Program-made: the position numbers and the translations under genes
The notes under the pieces: generated by a model
What the model was told of the DNA's origin: nothing
What the model saw: the letters and a program-made list of their open reading frames with translations, nothing else
Database searches by the model: none
Assembly: GCA_963751005.1 (NCBI GenBank)
Contig: CAVVSY010000004.1
Span: 761,808-825,807 of the forward strand
Source of the DNA: an uncultured bacterium
Lineage (GTDB): Bacteria; Actinomycetota; Acidimicrobiia; Spongiisociales; ZC4RG35
Length of the DNA: 64,000 bases
Reading direction: 5' to 3'
Shown: piece by piece, positions 42,242-54,225 of the stretch
Layout of the letters: each line of letters begins with the position of its first letter
Position numbering within the stretch: the first letter of the stretch is position 1

Positions 42242-44796
42242 TCACCCCTGGTTGGTGAAGAGCAGACAGGAGGTGAGATGGCCCCCACCGACGTCCTGCA
42301 GCTCCACCGGTTCCACCGGGATGAACCGGATGTGCACCTTGGTGGCCTCGGTGGAGAACTGGTCGAGGGCCAGCCTCATCGGGCCGGGCACGTCACCGTT
42401 GGCGATGGCGTTGCCGACTGCCCCGGCGGCAGCCTCGTTGGCGAACACCAGGGTGGCGTCGAAGTTGGAACGCCGTTCGACGTCGGTGAGCCCCGCCAAG
42501 AGGGTCTCATGGGTCTGCAGCCAGCCGACGGCGTCGTCGACCTCCCAGCCACATGCGGGCGTCGCCACCGGGCAGCGGGTGTGGAACCGGCATCCCTCCG
42601 GGGGGTTGGCCGGATCGGGGACGGTCCCCTGGAGACCCCTCATCTGGGAGTGCTCGGCGCTGATGTCTGGATTCGCCGCCAGCAACGCCTCGGTGTACGG
42701 GTGGCGGGGATCCTCGAAGAGCTCAGTGGCCGTGCCGTGCTCGGCCATCTTGCCCAGGTACATCACGGCGATCCGGTCGCTCATCAGCCTGACCACGCCG
42801 AGATCGTGGCTGATGAACAGATAGGTGAGGCCCCGCTCCTGCTGCAGCTCGTGCAACAGGTTGAGGATCTGAGCCTGGACCGAGACGTCGAGGGCGCTGG
42901 TGGGCTCGTCGAGGACGATGAACTCGGGATCGAGGGCGAGGGCGCGGGCGATCGAGATCCGTTGCCGCTGGCCCCCGGAGAACTGATGCGGGTATCGATA
43001 GAGATGCTGGCGCCCCAACCCGACACTCTCCAGCAGGGCCACGACTCTCTCGGTGAGCTCCTGCCCCGACGCCTCGTTGTAGACCTGCAGCGGGCGTCCG
43101 ACGATGTCCTTGACCAGCTGTCTCGGATTGAGGGAGCTGAACGAGTCCTGAAACACGACCTGGCAGTTCCGCCGATAGGTCCGCCACGCGGCTCCCGAGA
43201 GCTGGTCGATGCTGCTGGCGGCGTCGATCCTCGCGACCTCGGCGCGCTGCTCCGGGGTCCGCTCGCTCTCGGGGATGGCGTCGATCTCGTCGAGCCGGGC
43301 GGCGTCCGCGTCGGCGAGCCGGAAATAGATCTTGCCGCCGGTTGCCGGAGCCAGCCCGCTGATGCAACGGCCCAGCGTGGTCTTGCCGCATCCGGACTCG
43401 CCGACGAGGCCCACCGTCTCGCCGGGACGCACCTCGAACGACACCCCGTCGACGGCGCGGACATGCCCGCGACTCGCTGCAGGGCGCCCTCCTTGATGGG
43501 GAAGTGCTTCTCGACCCCGCGCACCGAGATCACGGCGCGCTCGGCCACGGCCCGCGGCGACACGCCCAGGTCTGTGCTCACCGAGGTCACGGTGCTCTCC
43601 CATCGATCGAGGGGAGCTCGGCGTTGCCGTGGATGTCTCGTAGGCGAAACAGGCCACCGAGTGCTCCACGCCCACACTCACCTCGGTGGGGTCGACCGTC
43701 CGACAGATCTCGACGGCGTAGGGGCAGCGGCTGGCGAAGTGGCAAGACGGCGGAGGGTCGACCAGCTCGGGGACGTTGCCGTCGATGGCGGCGAGCTCGC
43801 CGCGTTTGTGCGTCGCCGACGGGACCGCGGCCAGGAGCCCCCGGGTGTAGGGGTGCTTCGGGTTGGCGAAGATCTCCTCCGTGGTCCCCGTCTCGACGAT
43901 GCGGCCCGCGTACATCACCGCCACCCGGTCGCAGATCTCCTGACCAGGGAGAGATCGTGGCTGATGTAGAGCACCGAGGTCTCCAGACGCTGCTGCAGCT
44001 CGGCGATCAGCTCCAGGATCCGGGCCTGGATGGTCACGTCGAGGGCGGTCGTCGGCTCGTCGGCGATGAGGAGGTCGGGGTTGCAGGCGAGCGCCTGGGC
44101 GATGAGGACACGCTGCTTCATCCCGCCCGACAGCTCGTGGGGATAGCTGTTCATGATCTTGCGGGGATTGGGGATCTGCGTCTCGCTGAGGGCATTGGCC
44201 ACGAGCTCGTCGATCTCGGCTCGCAGCCGGGCGGCCTGGCCCGCCACGGCGGGATCTTGAGCAGGAATCTCTCGAGTCTGGTGGACTGCTGGCGGGCCGC
44301 CCGGCGGATGATCCTCGGCGGGATTGTCCCCGAGGCTCTTGCAGGACCTCATCGGAGCGGTGCTGATAGAAGACCTCGGCGACCTGGTCCCGGATCGAGA
44401 GCGCCGGGTTGAGCGCCTTGCCGGGGTCCTGGAAGATCATGGCGATGCGATCGCCGCGGATCTCCCGCATCTCCTCGTGCGGGATGGCGAGCAGGTCGAC
44501 GGGCTCGTCACCGTTGTCGGCCGCGCCTCGCGTCGACCAGAAGTCGATCTGGCCCCCGGCGTAGATCCCGGGCGGGCTCGGCACGAGCCGGATGAAGGAT
44601 CGCGCCGTGACGCTCTTGCCACAGCCGGTCTCGCCGACCAGTCCGAGGGTCTCGCCGTCTCGGATGTCGAATGACACCCCGTCGACGGCATGGACCACGT
44701 CCCGCCTTGGCGTCGAAATGGACCTTGAGGTCCCGCACCGAGGCGACCAGGCGGCCCGGTGCTCGTGCGCTGACCGGTCTCGGCTCTGGCGGTCAT
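42242..44796 (-). CDS. fused tandem ABC ATP-binding protein (DppD/DppF-like, two ATPase domains); N-terminal half multiply frameshifted
   Basis: Second domain intact: [33 protein letters not shown], oligopeptide C-terminal motif HPYTEALL. First domain (GETGCGKS... [10 protein letters not shown]...) broken across frames. ATGA overlap with the upstream permease. Confidence 0.65.
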
Positions 44797-44799
44797 CTG

Positions 44800-45715
44800 C
44801 TCTCCGTCCTCGGATCGAGCACGTCACGCAAGCCGTCACCGACGAGGTTGAAGGCCAGCGCCCAGAGAAAGATCATCAGCCCGGGAAGGTCGAGGCCCAC
44901 CAGCGGCCGGTGGAGATCCCCACCTGGCCTTTGCTCACCAGCACGCCCCACTCGGCGATACCGGCCTCGGAGAGACCGATGAAGGCCAGGGTCGCGCCGG
45001 CGAGCACGATGGCGCCCATGTCGAGCGTCGCCTGGACCATCACGGGCGTGATCGAGTTGGGGAGGATGTCCTTGGCGAAGATGCGAAGCCGGGTGTCGCC
45101 GATGATGCGCGCCGCGTCGACGTACTCGTTCTGCTTCACGTGGATGATCTGGCCTCGCATGATCCGGGCGTACTTCACCCAGTACACCATCGCCAGGGCG
45201 AGGATGATGTTGGTGAAGGAGGGCCCGAGCACCGCGGCGATGGCCAGGGCGAGGATCAGCTCGGGCACGGCGAGGAAGATGTCGACGATCCGCATCAGGA
45301 ACTCGTCGACCTTGCCGCCGAGGAAGCCGGCCAGGCTGCCCACGATCACCCCGATCGTCACGGTGACCGTGACCACGATCACCGACAGCTGCAGCGAGGT
45401 CCGGGATCCCCAGATGACGCCGTAGAGCACGTCTCCGCCCTCGTTGGTGGTGCCCAGCGGGTACCCGGGCGTGCCGGGCGGCTGGTTGAGCGCCCCCCAG
45501 TCCCGGGGCATCTGATAAGGGTCCGGGACGTTCGGCTTGGTCAGCACGGGGGCGAGGAGGGCCATCAGCACCATGGCGACGATCACGATCAGCCCGGCCA
45601 GCGTCGTCTTGTTGCTCAGCACCTGTCTCGTGATCTCGCCGGTGCGACGGAGTCGAACGGCGAGCGCACCGCTCATGACAGGGGGGCGGAGACTGGGTTG
45701 GGCGATGCCGGCCAT
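44800..45715 (-). CDS. ABC permease (DppC-like), frameshift in the last ~25 codons
   Basis: Body intact; C-terminal [26 protein letters not shown] lies in an adjacent frame. Confidence 0.7.
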
Positions 45716-45719
45716 GTCG

Positions 45720-46733
45720 TCAGCCTCCCAGGACGACGCGGCGGTCGAGATAGGCGTAGACCACGTCCACGATCAGGTTGACCCCCAGGAAGAGGACACT
45801 CGTGAACAGGACGTAGGCCATGATCGTGGCCTGGTCACCCCGGAGCACGGCATCGGCCATCCACCGGCCCAGGCCGGGCCAGCGGTAGATGATCTCGGCC
45901 ACCACGGTCCCCTGGAGGAGGAACCCGAAGCTGAGCCCGATCACCGTGACGGTGGGGATCAGCGCGTTGCGGCGGGCATGACGTCTCAGCACCAGCCTCT
46001 CCGGCAGGCCCTTGGCCCGGGCGGCGTCGACGTAGTCCTCCTTGAGCTCCTCCACGAGCGAGGAGCGCATCATCCGGGTGATGATCGCGGTGGCGCCGTA
46101 GCCCAGCGTGATGGCCGGGAGCACCAGGTGCCAGATGGCGTCCCAGAAGGCGGCGGCGTTGGCAGCGAGCAACGCGTCGACCGTGTAGAGACCGGTGGGA
46201 TGGGCGATGCTGGCGAAGACGGTCGGGTCCGACCTCCCGGTGGGGAACCAGCCGAGGTACACCCAGAAGACGATGAGCAGGATGATGGCGAACCAGAAGA
46301 GCGGCATGCTGGCGCCGCTGACCGAGAAGATGCGGATGATGTGATCCGGGACCCGGTTGCGTCTCGCCCCGGCGAAGGTGCCCAGACCGATGCCGAGCGT
46401 CACCGCGACCAGGCCGGCGGCAACCGACAGCTCCATGGTGGCGGCGAACTTGTCGGGGAAGACCTGGGTCACCGGCGCCACCGAGACGCCGGACCAGCCC
46501 AGGTCGCCCCGGAGCACGCCTCCCGCCCAAGCCAGGTATTGGATGGGAATGGGCTTGTCGAGCTCGTAACGCTCCTCGATCTCGGCGACCTCTTCGGGGG
46601 TCATCTCGTGGGACAGGTAGATCCCGATGGGCGATCCGCCGACCCGAGTCAGACCGAAGACGAGGATCGACACCCCGATGAGGAGGATCGGGAGGACCAT
46701 CAGGCGTCGGATCAGGTAGTCACGTGTCTGCAA
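45720..46733 (-). CDS. ABC permease (DppB-like)
   Basis: Intact 337 aa; paralog of 33362-34372. Confidence 0.85.
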   Translation of the reverse strand: MQTRDYLIRRLMVLPILLIGVSILVFGLTRVGGSPIGIYLSHEMTPEEVAEIEERYELDKPIPIQYLAWAGGVLRGDLGWSGVSVAPVTQVFPDKFAATMELSVAAGLVAVTLGIGLGTFAGARRNRVPDHIIRIFSVSGASMPLFWFAIILLIVFWVYLGWFPTGRSDPTVFASIAHPTGLYTVDALLAANAAAFWDAIWHLVLPAITLGYGATAIITRMMRSSLVEELKEDYVDAARAKGLPERLVLRRHARRNALIPTVTVIGLSFGFLLQGTVVAEIIYRWPGLGRWMADAVLRGDQATIMAYVLFTSVLFLGVNLIVDVVYAYLDRRVVLGG

Positions 46734-46813
46734 GGCTCTTCGGGGTCGGTGGGGTTGGGGTCAGGATGCCACGTGGGGCTCCCTACGTTCATAGGGAGCC
46801 CCACTCTCTGTGG

Positions 46814-48537
46814 CTACTTGTCGTAGAAGGCGAACTTCACGCCGGGGCGTGGCCATAGGGGGTTCATCACGAATCCCTGGACCCAGTCACGGTGTGCGTT
46901 CAGCGCCGTCTCGTTGCCGGCGATGATCCACATCGGATCGTCGTACAGGAGCGGCGCCAGCTCTGCGTAGAGACCGACCCGGGTATCGCCGTCGAGCTCG
47001 GTCCCCGCCTGCTCGATCAAGCCGGCGATCTGGTCCGGATCCTGGTAGGCATTCACGCATGCCATGGACCGCGCCCCACTCACCGTCGGGATGGATGTAG
47101 GCGTTCATAGGGCATCGGGGTCGGCGAAGGGGTCGGAGTTCTTCACCCACATCGCGTACGGAATCGGGTCGGAGGCGTGGGCCTCGTCGAACTGGGCCTC
47201 GGCCACCGCCAGGACCCGGATCACGAACTCCGGATTGAGCTCTGCCATCGAGTCGCGGAGGACCAGTGCCGCGGTCTCGAAGAGGTTGCCACCCTCTGCG
47301 ATCACCGAGACGGTGAAGCCCTCGTCCCAGACCCCGGCCTCGCGGAACAGCTCCTCGGCGGCGGCCAGGTCCTGCTCGTAGACCGGGTAGTCCTCGCTGT
47401 ACCCGAGCATCCCCTGGGGGAAGTAGTGGGGGATCGGTGCGCCCATGCCACCCAAGGCACCATCGATGAACGCCTGGTAGTCGAAGGTGAGATTGAACGC
47501 CTGACGGATGCGGGGGTCCATGAAGAACTCGGGGGTGATCGTGTCCTCCGGTGGGAGTGATCCCTCCTCGAAACGTGTGTTGAAGCCGATGTGGATCGGT
47601 TCCAACAGGAACTCCCCGGAGAAGATCACCACCCCTTCTGCGCCTTCCAGATCCGGCACCAGCGAAGGGTCGACCTCGATCATGTCGTAGTCGCCGGCGC
47701 GCAGCCCGAGGATCCTGGTGTCGGTGTCCGGGGCGATGTCGATGCGCACATCGATGTTGGCCGGCTCACCCCAGTAGTCCGCGAAGACGGTCAATTGGAA
47801 GTTCTCGCCACGATTCCAGGCGGTCAACTCATAGGGGCCGGTGCCGACCGTGTTGGCGGTCATGAACTCGTTGACCGTCCCGGCGGCCACTCCACCGTTC
47901 GCCTCCACCGCGTCCTGGCTCACCACGGACGCAACCGAGGCGGTCACGACGGAGTTGAGGAAGGAGGCGCTGGGTCGTTGCAGGGTCACCTCGAACGTGA
48001 AGTCGTCGACGACCGCGGTGGTGTCGACGATGTCGGCCAGCAACCCGGCGTTGCTCTCGGGCAGGTCCATCGTGAGAACCCGGTCCCAGGAGTACTTGAC
48101 GTCCTCGGCCGTCAGATTCGGTGCCGTCGTGGAACACCACACCTTCGCGGATGGGGAAGGTGAAGGTGAGCCCGTCCTCGGAGATGAGCCCGTTGTCCAG
48201 ACTCGGCACCTCTGTCGGCCAGACCCGGGATCAGATCCGGTCCGTCGGGCCCGATCTCGACGAGACGCTCGTAGACCTGGGTGATGATCGTCTCACCGCC
48301 CTCCCCGGCCTCGACCTGAGCGGGGTCGACGGTGGTCGCCTCGTCGTCGGCGGCGTGGACGAAGACATCCGGGTTGTTGACGTCACCGCCACCGTCGCCG
48401 TCGGTCCCTCCGGGCGCCTCGGTCCCGTCGGGGGCCGTGGTGCTGTCCGAGGTCTCCCCCGTGCAGGCCACCACCAAGGCCAGAATCGAAACGAGGGCCA
48501 GAATTCTCCTGACCCCGACACTTGCCCGACGTCCCAT
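46814..48537 (-). CDS. ABC substrate-binding protein family 5, paralog of 31541-33237, frameshifted
   Basis: Lipobox LALVVACTG; ISEDGLTFTFPIREGVVFHDGT... AEDVKYSWDRV; several frames. Confidence 0.6.
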
Positions 48538-48556
48538 GGCATCCTCCTCAGGTTTT

Positions 48557-48573
48557 CAGCAATCGATTGCTGG
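48557..48573. promoter_or_regulatory. LacI-type operator, perfect palindrome AGCAATCGATTGCT
   Basis: 20 bp upstream of the SBP start codon (minus-strand gene). Confidence 0.45.
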
Positions 48574-48669
48574 GCCATTGTGCACCCTATATGATCGCAA
48601 CACTGCGCGCAACAGAACGGTTTAGACGACCACTCGTTTCATGGCAGGACATGATGGCGACCGAGCGAG

Positions 48670-48687
48670 GCTGCAATCGTTTTCGGG
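48670..48687. promoter_or_regulatory. LacI-type operator-like site GCAATCGTTTTC
   Basis: Upstream of the LLM-class oxidoreductase. Confidence 0.3.
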
Positions 48688-48777
48688 CTCATCCGGTCGA
48701 GGAACCGGCGCGAGGAGAGTTGGATGACATCCGCATCCGACCCAGGACCTTGGAGGAGCAATGCCCCGTTTCGCCGG

Positions 48778-49612
48778 TGAAGACCCCGACCCATCACACC
48801 ACCTGGGACCGGATGCTGGAGGTTTGGAAGACCGCCGACGACATCGAGATCTTCGAGTCGGCGTGGAACTTCGATCACTTCTATCCGATACGCGGGAGAC
48901 ACCGACGGGCCCTGTCTCGAGGCGTGGGTCACCCTCGCCGCCCTGGCCCAGGCGACCACCAGGATCAGGGTGGGGACCATGGTCAACGGGATGCACTACC
49001 GGCATCCCGCGGTCCTGGCAGCCATGGCGTCCTCGCTCGATATCGTCTCGGGCGGTCGTCTCGAGATCGGGCTCGGTGCCGGCTGGTACGAGCTGGAGAC
49101 CGACGCCTACGGGATCGACCTCGGGCCGGTCGGCGAGCGGATGACCCGTTTCGAAGAGGGTGTGGAGGTGATCCACCTCCTCCTCACCGAGGAGCACGCC
49201 GACTTCAACGGCCGGTACTTCCAGTCTCGAGAACGCTCGCAACGAGCCCAAGCCACTGCAGCGGCCCCGTCCCCCGATCGTCATCGGTGGCCGCGGGGAG
49301 AAGCGGACCCTGCGTCTGGTGGCTCGTTTCGCCTCGATGTGGGATGCCCAGTTCGTCGAGGACGAGGCGGACGAGTGGCGACGGCTCCGCGACGTGCTCT
49401 GGGCGCATTGTCAGGACGTGGGTCGTGACCCGGCAGAGATCTCCTGCTCCAGCCATCTCTCGATGCCGCCCGATCCCGACCCTGCCGAGGTGGCGTCACG
49501 TGCGGCGACGATGTTCGACGCCGGGATCGACGTGGTCATCCTGGCGTTCTCCGGCGTCCATGACGGGAGGACCGTCGAGTCCGTCGCCGGTGGCCTCTCC
49601 GATGTCGGCTGA
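48778..49612 (+). pseudogene. LLM-class (luciferase-like) flavin/F420-dependent oxidoreductase, at least 3 frameshifts
   Basis: TWDRMLEVWKTADDIEIFESAWNFDHFYP... RIRVGTMVNGMHYRHPAVLAAMASSLDIVSGGRLEIGLGAGW... RFASMWDAQF in three frames. Confidence 0.5.
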
Positions 49613-49618
49613 CAGGAG

Positions 49619-50494
49619 TTGACGCCAGGAGTCCTCTGGGCCCTCGTGGCCGCGATCGGGTTCGCCTTCCTCCAGGTCTCGAATCGGAAGGCGAACCAGC
49701 TGATCGATGCGTACCGCACGGCCTTCGGGCTACTGCTCGCCGTCGAGCTGATGCTCCTCGTCCGCACCCTCGTGTTCGGGGACGCCAGCCTCCTGGTCAC
49801 TGCGCCGTGGTCCGCGGTGGCTCTGTTCACGGTGGCGACGTTCTTCCACTTCGTCGGGGGCTGGACCCTCCTCGCCCTGAGTCAGCAGCAGATCGGGGTC
49901 GCCCGCACCGGCGCCCTCGTCTCGGCCGCGCCGATCATCGGCACCCTGGTCGCGGCGGTTGGTCTCGACGAGCCTCTGACGCTCGCCGTGGCCGCCGGGG
50001 TCCTGCTCGCAGTCGTCGGCGTGTTCTCCATCTCCCTCAGCGGCAGCGTCGTCGGGTGGGGCCGATTGGCGGCGCCCCTGGCTGGCTCTCACGGTGGCGT
50101 TGATCTGGGGGACGAGCCCGCTGCTCATCCGTTTGGGTCTCGAGAGATTCGATCACCCGGTGGAGGGTCTGACCATCGGCCTGGGTCTCAGTGTCGCCGC
50201 CTATGCCCTGATCCTCACCGTCGCGCGTCGCTGGCGGGGCGGTGTGCCCCGGCAGCGCCTTGCGTCTGGATCGCCATCGGCGGCGTCTGTGGGGCGATCG
50301 CGGTCTCGGCCCAGTGGATCTCGTTCGATCTGACCACCATCGCCATCGCCATCACCGTGCAGCAGCTCTCGGTGATCTTCGTGATCGCATTGGTGCCGCT
50401 GATGTTCCGGCAGCCGTTCGAGCGGATGAACCCGAGGTTCTTCGTCGGTGCCGCGCTCGTGATGACCGGCGCGGTCCTGGTCGTGTTGTCCTAG
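49619..50494 (+). CDS. DMT-family (EamA-like) transporter, 2 frameshifts
   Basis: Hydrophobic ten-helix pattern; the middle segment ALIWGTSPLLIRLGL lies in a second frame. Confidence 0.5.
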   Translation: MTPGVLWALVAAIGFAFLQVSNRKANQLIDAYRTAFGLLLAVELMLLVRTLVFGDASLLVTAPWSAVALFTVATFFHFVGGWTLLALSQQQIGVARTGALVSAAPIIGTLVAAVGLDEPLTLAVAAGVLLAVVGVFSISLSGSVVGWGRLAAPLAGSHGGVDLGDEPAAHPFGSREIRSPGGGSDHRPGSQCRRLCPDPHRRASLAGRCAPAAPCVWIAIGGVCGAIAVSAQWISFDLTTIAIAITVQQLSVIFVIALVPLMFRQPFERMNPRFFVGAALVMTGAVLVVLS

Positions 50495-50501
50495 GGGCCG
50501 T

Positions 50502-51402
50502 CTACAGGTGGCGGTCGAGAAAGTCCAGCACGCCGGCGATGGCCTGATGCTGGACCTCGTTCACCTCGTACTCGCCGTCCGGCCCGCGCTGCGGGTAGAC
50601 GTATCCATGGAGATCGTGGTCCCAGCTGACCCACTCCACCGGTTTGCCGGCCTCGGCGAGGAGCTCGTAGCTGGTCCGGAAGATGCCCTGGAGATGGTCG
50701 TCGTCCCGACCCATGACCAGGATCGGGGTGTCGATGGTGGCGATGCGATCGCCGGCTTTGGCGAGATCGATCCGCGAGCGGACCTTGTCGGTCTCCGCCA
50801 TCTGCATCTCCTCGATGTTCCTCATGCCGGTCGAGGGCTCGACGAACGCCGAGTTGTCCGGTTCGAGGGCGAGGAACTCATGGGAGGCGGGCTCGGAGGC
50901 AACGGCAGCCTTGATCCCCTGGTATTCGCTGGTGATCTTGAGGACCATCTCACCACCGTGACTCATCCCGATCAGACCGATGCGGTCGGGGTCGATGCGA
51001 GGATCGCGCTTGAGCTGCTCGACGATCGAGATCTCGTCTTCGTACTCGAGCGGTGAGCGACTGAACATATCCCGGCCTTGCCGGGTGTCCCGGACGAGCC
51101 GGCCCCCCGTCTCGTAGCCGAGCTCCACTTCGGTGCGGTATCGGATCCAGGCACAGGCATACCCGCGCTCGAGGAGACGGTCCATGATCCAGCCGCGGTT
51201 GGCGACGGCATCGCGGACCCAAGCCATCCCGCCGCCCCCGTTCCCCGAGGCGAGGAGCACCAATGGGTGTGGCCCCGGCCCCTGGGGGAAGCGCAGCCCG
51301 ATGGGGGCGTAGAGCCCGTCCCACGTCTCGATGTACCTCAGCTCCACCGGGATGGGGGAGCCGTCGACCTCTTCCACGATGCTCACGTTCTCCGGGTCCA
51401 TC
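50502..51402 (-). CDS. alpha/beta hydrolase (dienelactone hydrolase/S9-like)
   Basis: GLIGMSHGG nucleophile elbow; about 300 aa, intact. Confidence 0.7.
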
Positions 51403-51439
51403 TCACCAACCTTCCTCGACGCTGCTCGCGCTCCTCTGA

Positions 51440-51457
51440 GTGCGCAAACGTTAGAGC
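51440..51457. promoter_or_regulatory. LacI-type operator-like half-site GCGCAAACGTTAG
   Basis: Divergent promoter between the hydrolase (minus) and quinone oxidoreductase (plus) genes. Confidence 0.3.
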
Positions 51458-51507
51458 CGTAAGATATCGGTAATGAGACGACACCACCACCACGGACGGG
51501 GAAGAGG

Positions 51508-52469
51508 ATGAGGGCGGCCCAGGTCCAAGAGATCGGGTCTCCGCCGCAACCGGTCGACGTGGCCGACCGGGTGGCCACTCCGGGGAAGACGCTTGTCGCG
51601 GTGGCGGCAGCCTCGCTGAACCCGGTCGAGCTGCGGGTCGCTGCGGGGAGGATGCCGGGGGCGACTCCTCCGTACATCCCCGGGCTCGAGGGCGTGGGGA
51701 CCGTCGTCAGCTCGGAGACGCACCCGGTCGGGACCAGGGTCCGATTCGAGAACGATCTCCCCGGCTTCGGTTCCGATGGATGTCTCGCCGAGTTGGCCCT
51801 TGCCGACGACGAGGCCGTGTTTCCCCTCCCACCAGAGATCGCGGACACCGAGGCTGCGGCCGCCGGCGTCGTCGGCATCACCGCCGAGCTCGCCTTCCGG
51901 TTGGCCGGCATGAGAGAAGGTGATCGAGTCGCCGTGCTCGCCGCGACCGGAGGCGTCGGGCAGATGGCGGTGCAGCTGGCCGCGGCACGTGGTGCTGCGG
52001 CGGTGGTTGCGGTCGGCCGCGACCCGGGCGCTCTCGCCGAGCTGATGTCACGGGGAGCGACGGCGACGGTCGCGCTCTCCGAGGGGGAAGGGCTCTCGGG
52101 GGCCATCCAGGCGGCCGCCGGTGGCGCTATCGACGTCGTCGTCGACCCGTTGTGGGGGCAACCCGCCATGGCCGCCATCGAGTCTCTGGGTGAGCGGGGC
52201 CGTCTGGTCACGGTGGGCAACACCGCGGGGAGTCGACGCCCAGCTCCCGCTCCAGGCCATGCGCAAGATGAGGAGCTCGGTGATCGGCCTGTCCTCGGGG
52301 TGGGCCCCGATGCCGGAGAAGAGCGAGGCCCTCGCCTTCGTCGTCGAGCAGATCGTCTCCGGACGGGTCAGCGTCTCCCACGAGATCGTGCCCCTGGCCG
52401 AGATCGCCTCAGGCGTGGTCACGTCAGGAAGGCTTCCCCCACACCAAGCTGGTCGTGTCGATGGGATGA
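51508..52469 (+). CDS. MDR-family quinone oxidoreductase/zinc-independent alcohol dehydrogenase, 2 frameshifts
   Basis: LAATGGVGQMAVQLAAARGA NAD motif; C-terminus in another frame. Confidence 0.6.
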
Positions 52470-52483
52470 CTGCAGCCGATCGG

Positions 52484-53115
52484 TCACACCTTGGCCCAAT
52501 AGCCATCGTCTGACTTCGAGTCCGCCAGCCGATCGGCGTCCTCGAAACCGGGCGCCATCGAGGCGGACGATGCCCGCCATGACCTCGTGATGCTCGATGT
52601 TGAGCAGACGCAGCCAGCTCTGCTGGCCCATGGTGAGACCGATGAAGCAGCCCAGCTCCACGAGCTCCGGCTCGCTGTAGTGCTGGTACAGCCGCTCCCA
52701 GAACGCGGTCGTCGGTGTCGAGATGCCAGGCGATCGCCTCGGCGTAGGCGAGGGCCGCCTTCTGTCTCTCGTCGTACTGGGCCGAGCTCTCGAAGTTGAG
52801 CAGCTCGTCGTATCTGCCCTCGGTGAGACCCATCTCCCTGCCCTGCTCGGAGCGCTGGTTGCCGCAGTACTCGCATTTCACCGAACGGGAGATGTAGACC
52901 CGGCACAGCTCTTTGATGTCGTGGTCGACGATGCCCTCCCGGAACAGGTCCTTCCAGCTGTTGGCGAAGAACCAGAAGGCATTGGGGACGTGGGCGCGTA
53001 TCGCCGAGCTCTCCGGTCGGGGGGTGCCCTCCCGGGCACAACGCTCCATCTCCGCCCGCATCTCCGGGGTCATGTCGTCGAGGGGCACGTAGCTGATCCG
53101 CTGGTTGGCTGCCAT
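52484..53115 (-). CDS. carboxymuconolactone decarboxylase (AhpD-like) family protein, frameshifted
   Basis: CEYCGNQRS (CxxC) in the CMD-fold context; C-terminal half in a second frame. Confidence 0.5.
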
Positions 53116-53156
53116 CGGTGTCTCCTTGTGGGCTCTGCTGCGAGTCTAGGTCGGGC

Positions 53157-54061
53157 TCACTGTTGCAGACCGATCACCGTCACTCCGACGGCGACGAGGA
53201 TCACCGAGGCGACCACCCAGCCGTCGATCCGCTCCTCCTCCCTGATGAACAGCCAGCCGAGGAACAGCGCCCAGATGCCCTGCGTGCCCTGCAGGACTCC
53301 GACCAGCCAGGCGTCGAGGTAGGAGAAGGCGGCGAACTGGGTGAGCAGTGCACCACTCATCGCCACCCCGGCAGCCACGAACCACCACGGGATCGCCTGG
53401 AAGTTCTCACGCACCCGTCGCCCGACTCGTCCGGCGAAGATGTCGAGCAGGACGATCACGATCAAGGCCGTCGAGGCACCGATCAGCGCGGCGACCACTG
53501 TGTCATCGAAGCGGAGCAGACCCCACTTCTTGATGACGAAGCTCAGGCCGAAGAAGACCGGGGCGGCTGCGGCGAAGATGAACCCGAGTCGAACCGTCTT
53601 GGCGTCGGCCGGCGCGGCGACACCCTCGAGCAGCGAGGTAGGTGTCGCCCGGGCGCGGACGAGGGTGACGAGGCCGGCGATGACGAACAGCCCGCCGATG
53701 GCGTCCACGAGGTCGATGTCCTCGCCGAGCAGGATGAGACCGGCTAGAGCCGACACCAGAGGGGTGGCGGTCATGAACGCACTGGTTCGGGTGGCCCCGA
53801 CCAGACGGACCGCCCGCAGGTTGCTGGAGCGCCCGAGGAGGGACCCCAGGATCCCGCCGATGGCGAGCCCGATGGCTCCCGAGGTGCTCCACGCCGGTGG
53901 CGTCCTGGTCAGCGCGATCGCACTCAGGAAGAGGACGTTGACGAGGACCGTCATGAGGAGACCGTCGTCGTGAGGACGTTGGCGTTGCCCGATTCGGGCG
54001 AGGACGGCACCGCCGGCGAAGAGCGCCCCGGTGGCCACGCCGAGGATCACCCCGGTCACTC
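53157..54061 (-). CDS. DMT-family (EamA-like) transporter
   Basis: About 300 aa with a ten-TM hydrophobic profile; probable GTG start. Confidence 0.65.
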
Positions 54062-54113
54062 TGTCACCATGACGTGGTGGGCGACGGGGCCGTCCCACCG
54101 AGGTGTGGTGACC

Positions 54114-54135
54114 TGCACGCAATCGTTTGTAGCAG
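54114..54135. promoter_or_regulatory. LacI-type operator ACGCAATCGTTTGTAGCA upstream of the second LacI gene
   Basis: Differs from the 38685 site at only the first base of the 18-mer. Confidence 0.5.
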
Positions 54136-54225
54136 ACGAAACGTCGACGTCGCCGATCTCGGCAGAGGCCCTTGGCGTCGACTCCCCCCGGGTAAGCTGG
54201 CTCGAATTCCGCCGCGGGGTGATCG

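Noticed and set aside
42242-44839. Treating ORF 42242-44839 as an 865-aa intact protein
   Set aside because: Only the C-terminal ATPase domain is in this frame. The N-terminal domain's Walker A, signature and H-loop motifs lie in other frames (ORFs 43915-44352 and 44437-44796).
52622-52630. CEYC (CxxC) in the AhpD-like gene as a possible CxxU selenoprotein site
   Set aside because: Both positions are Cys codons; no in-frame TGA.
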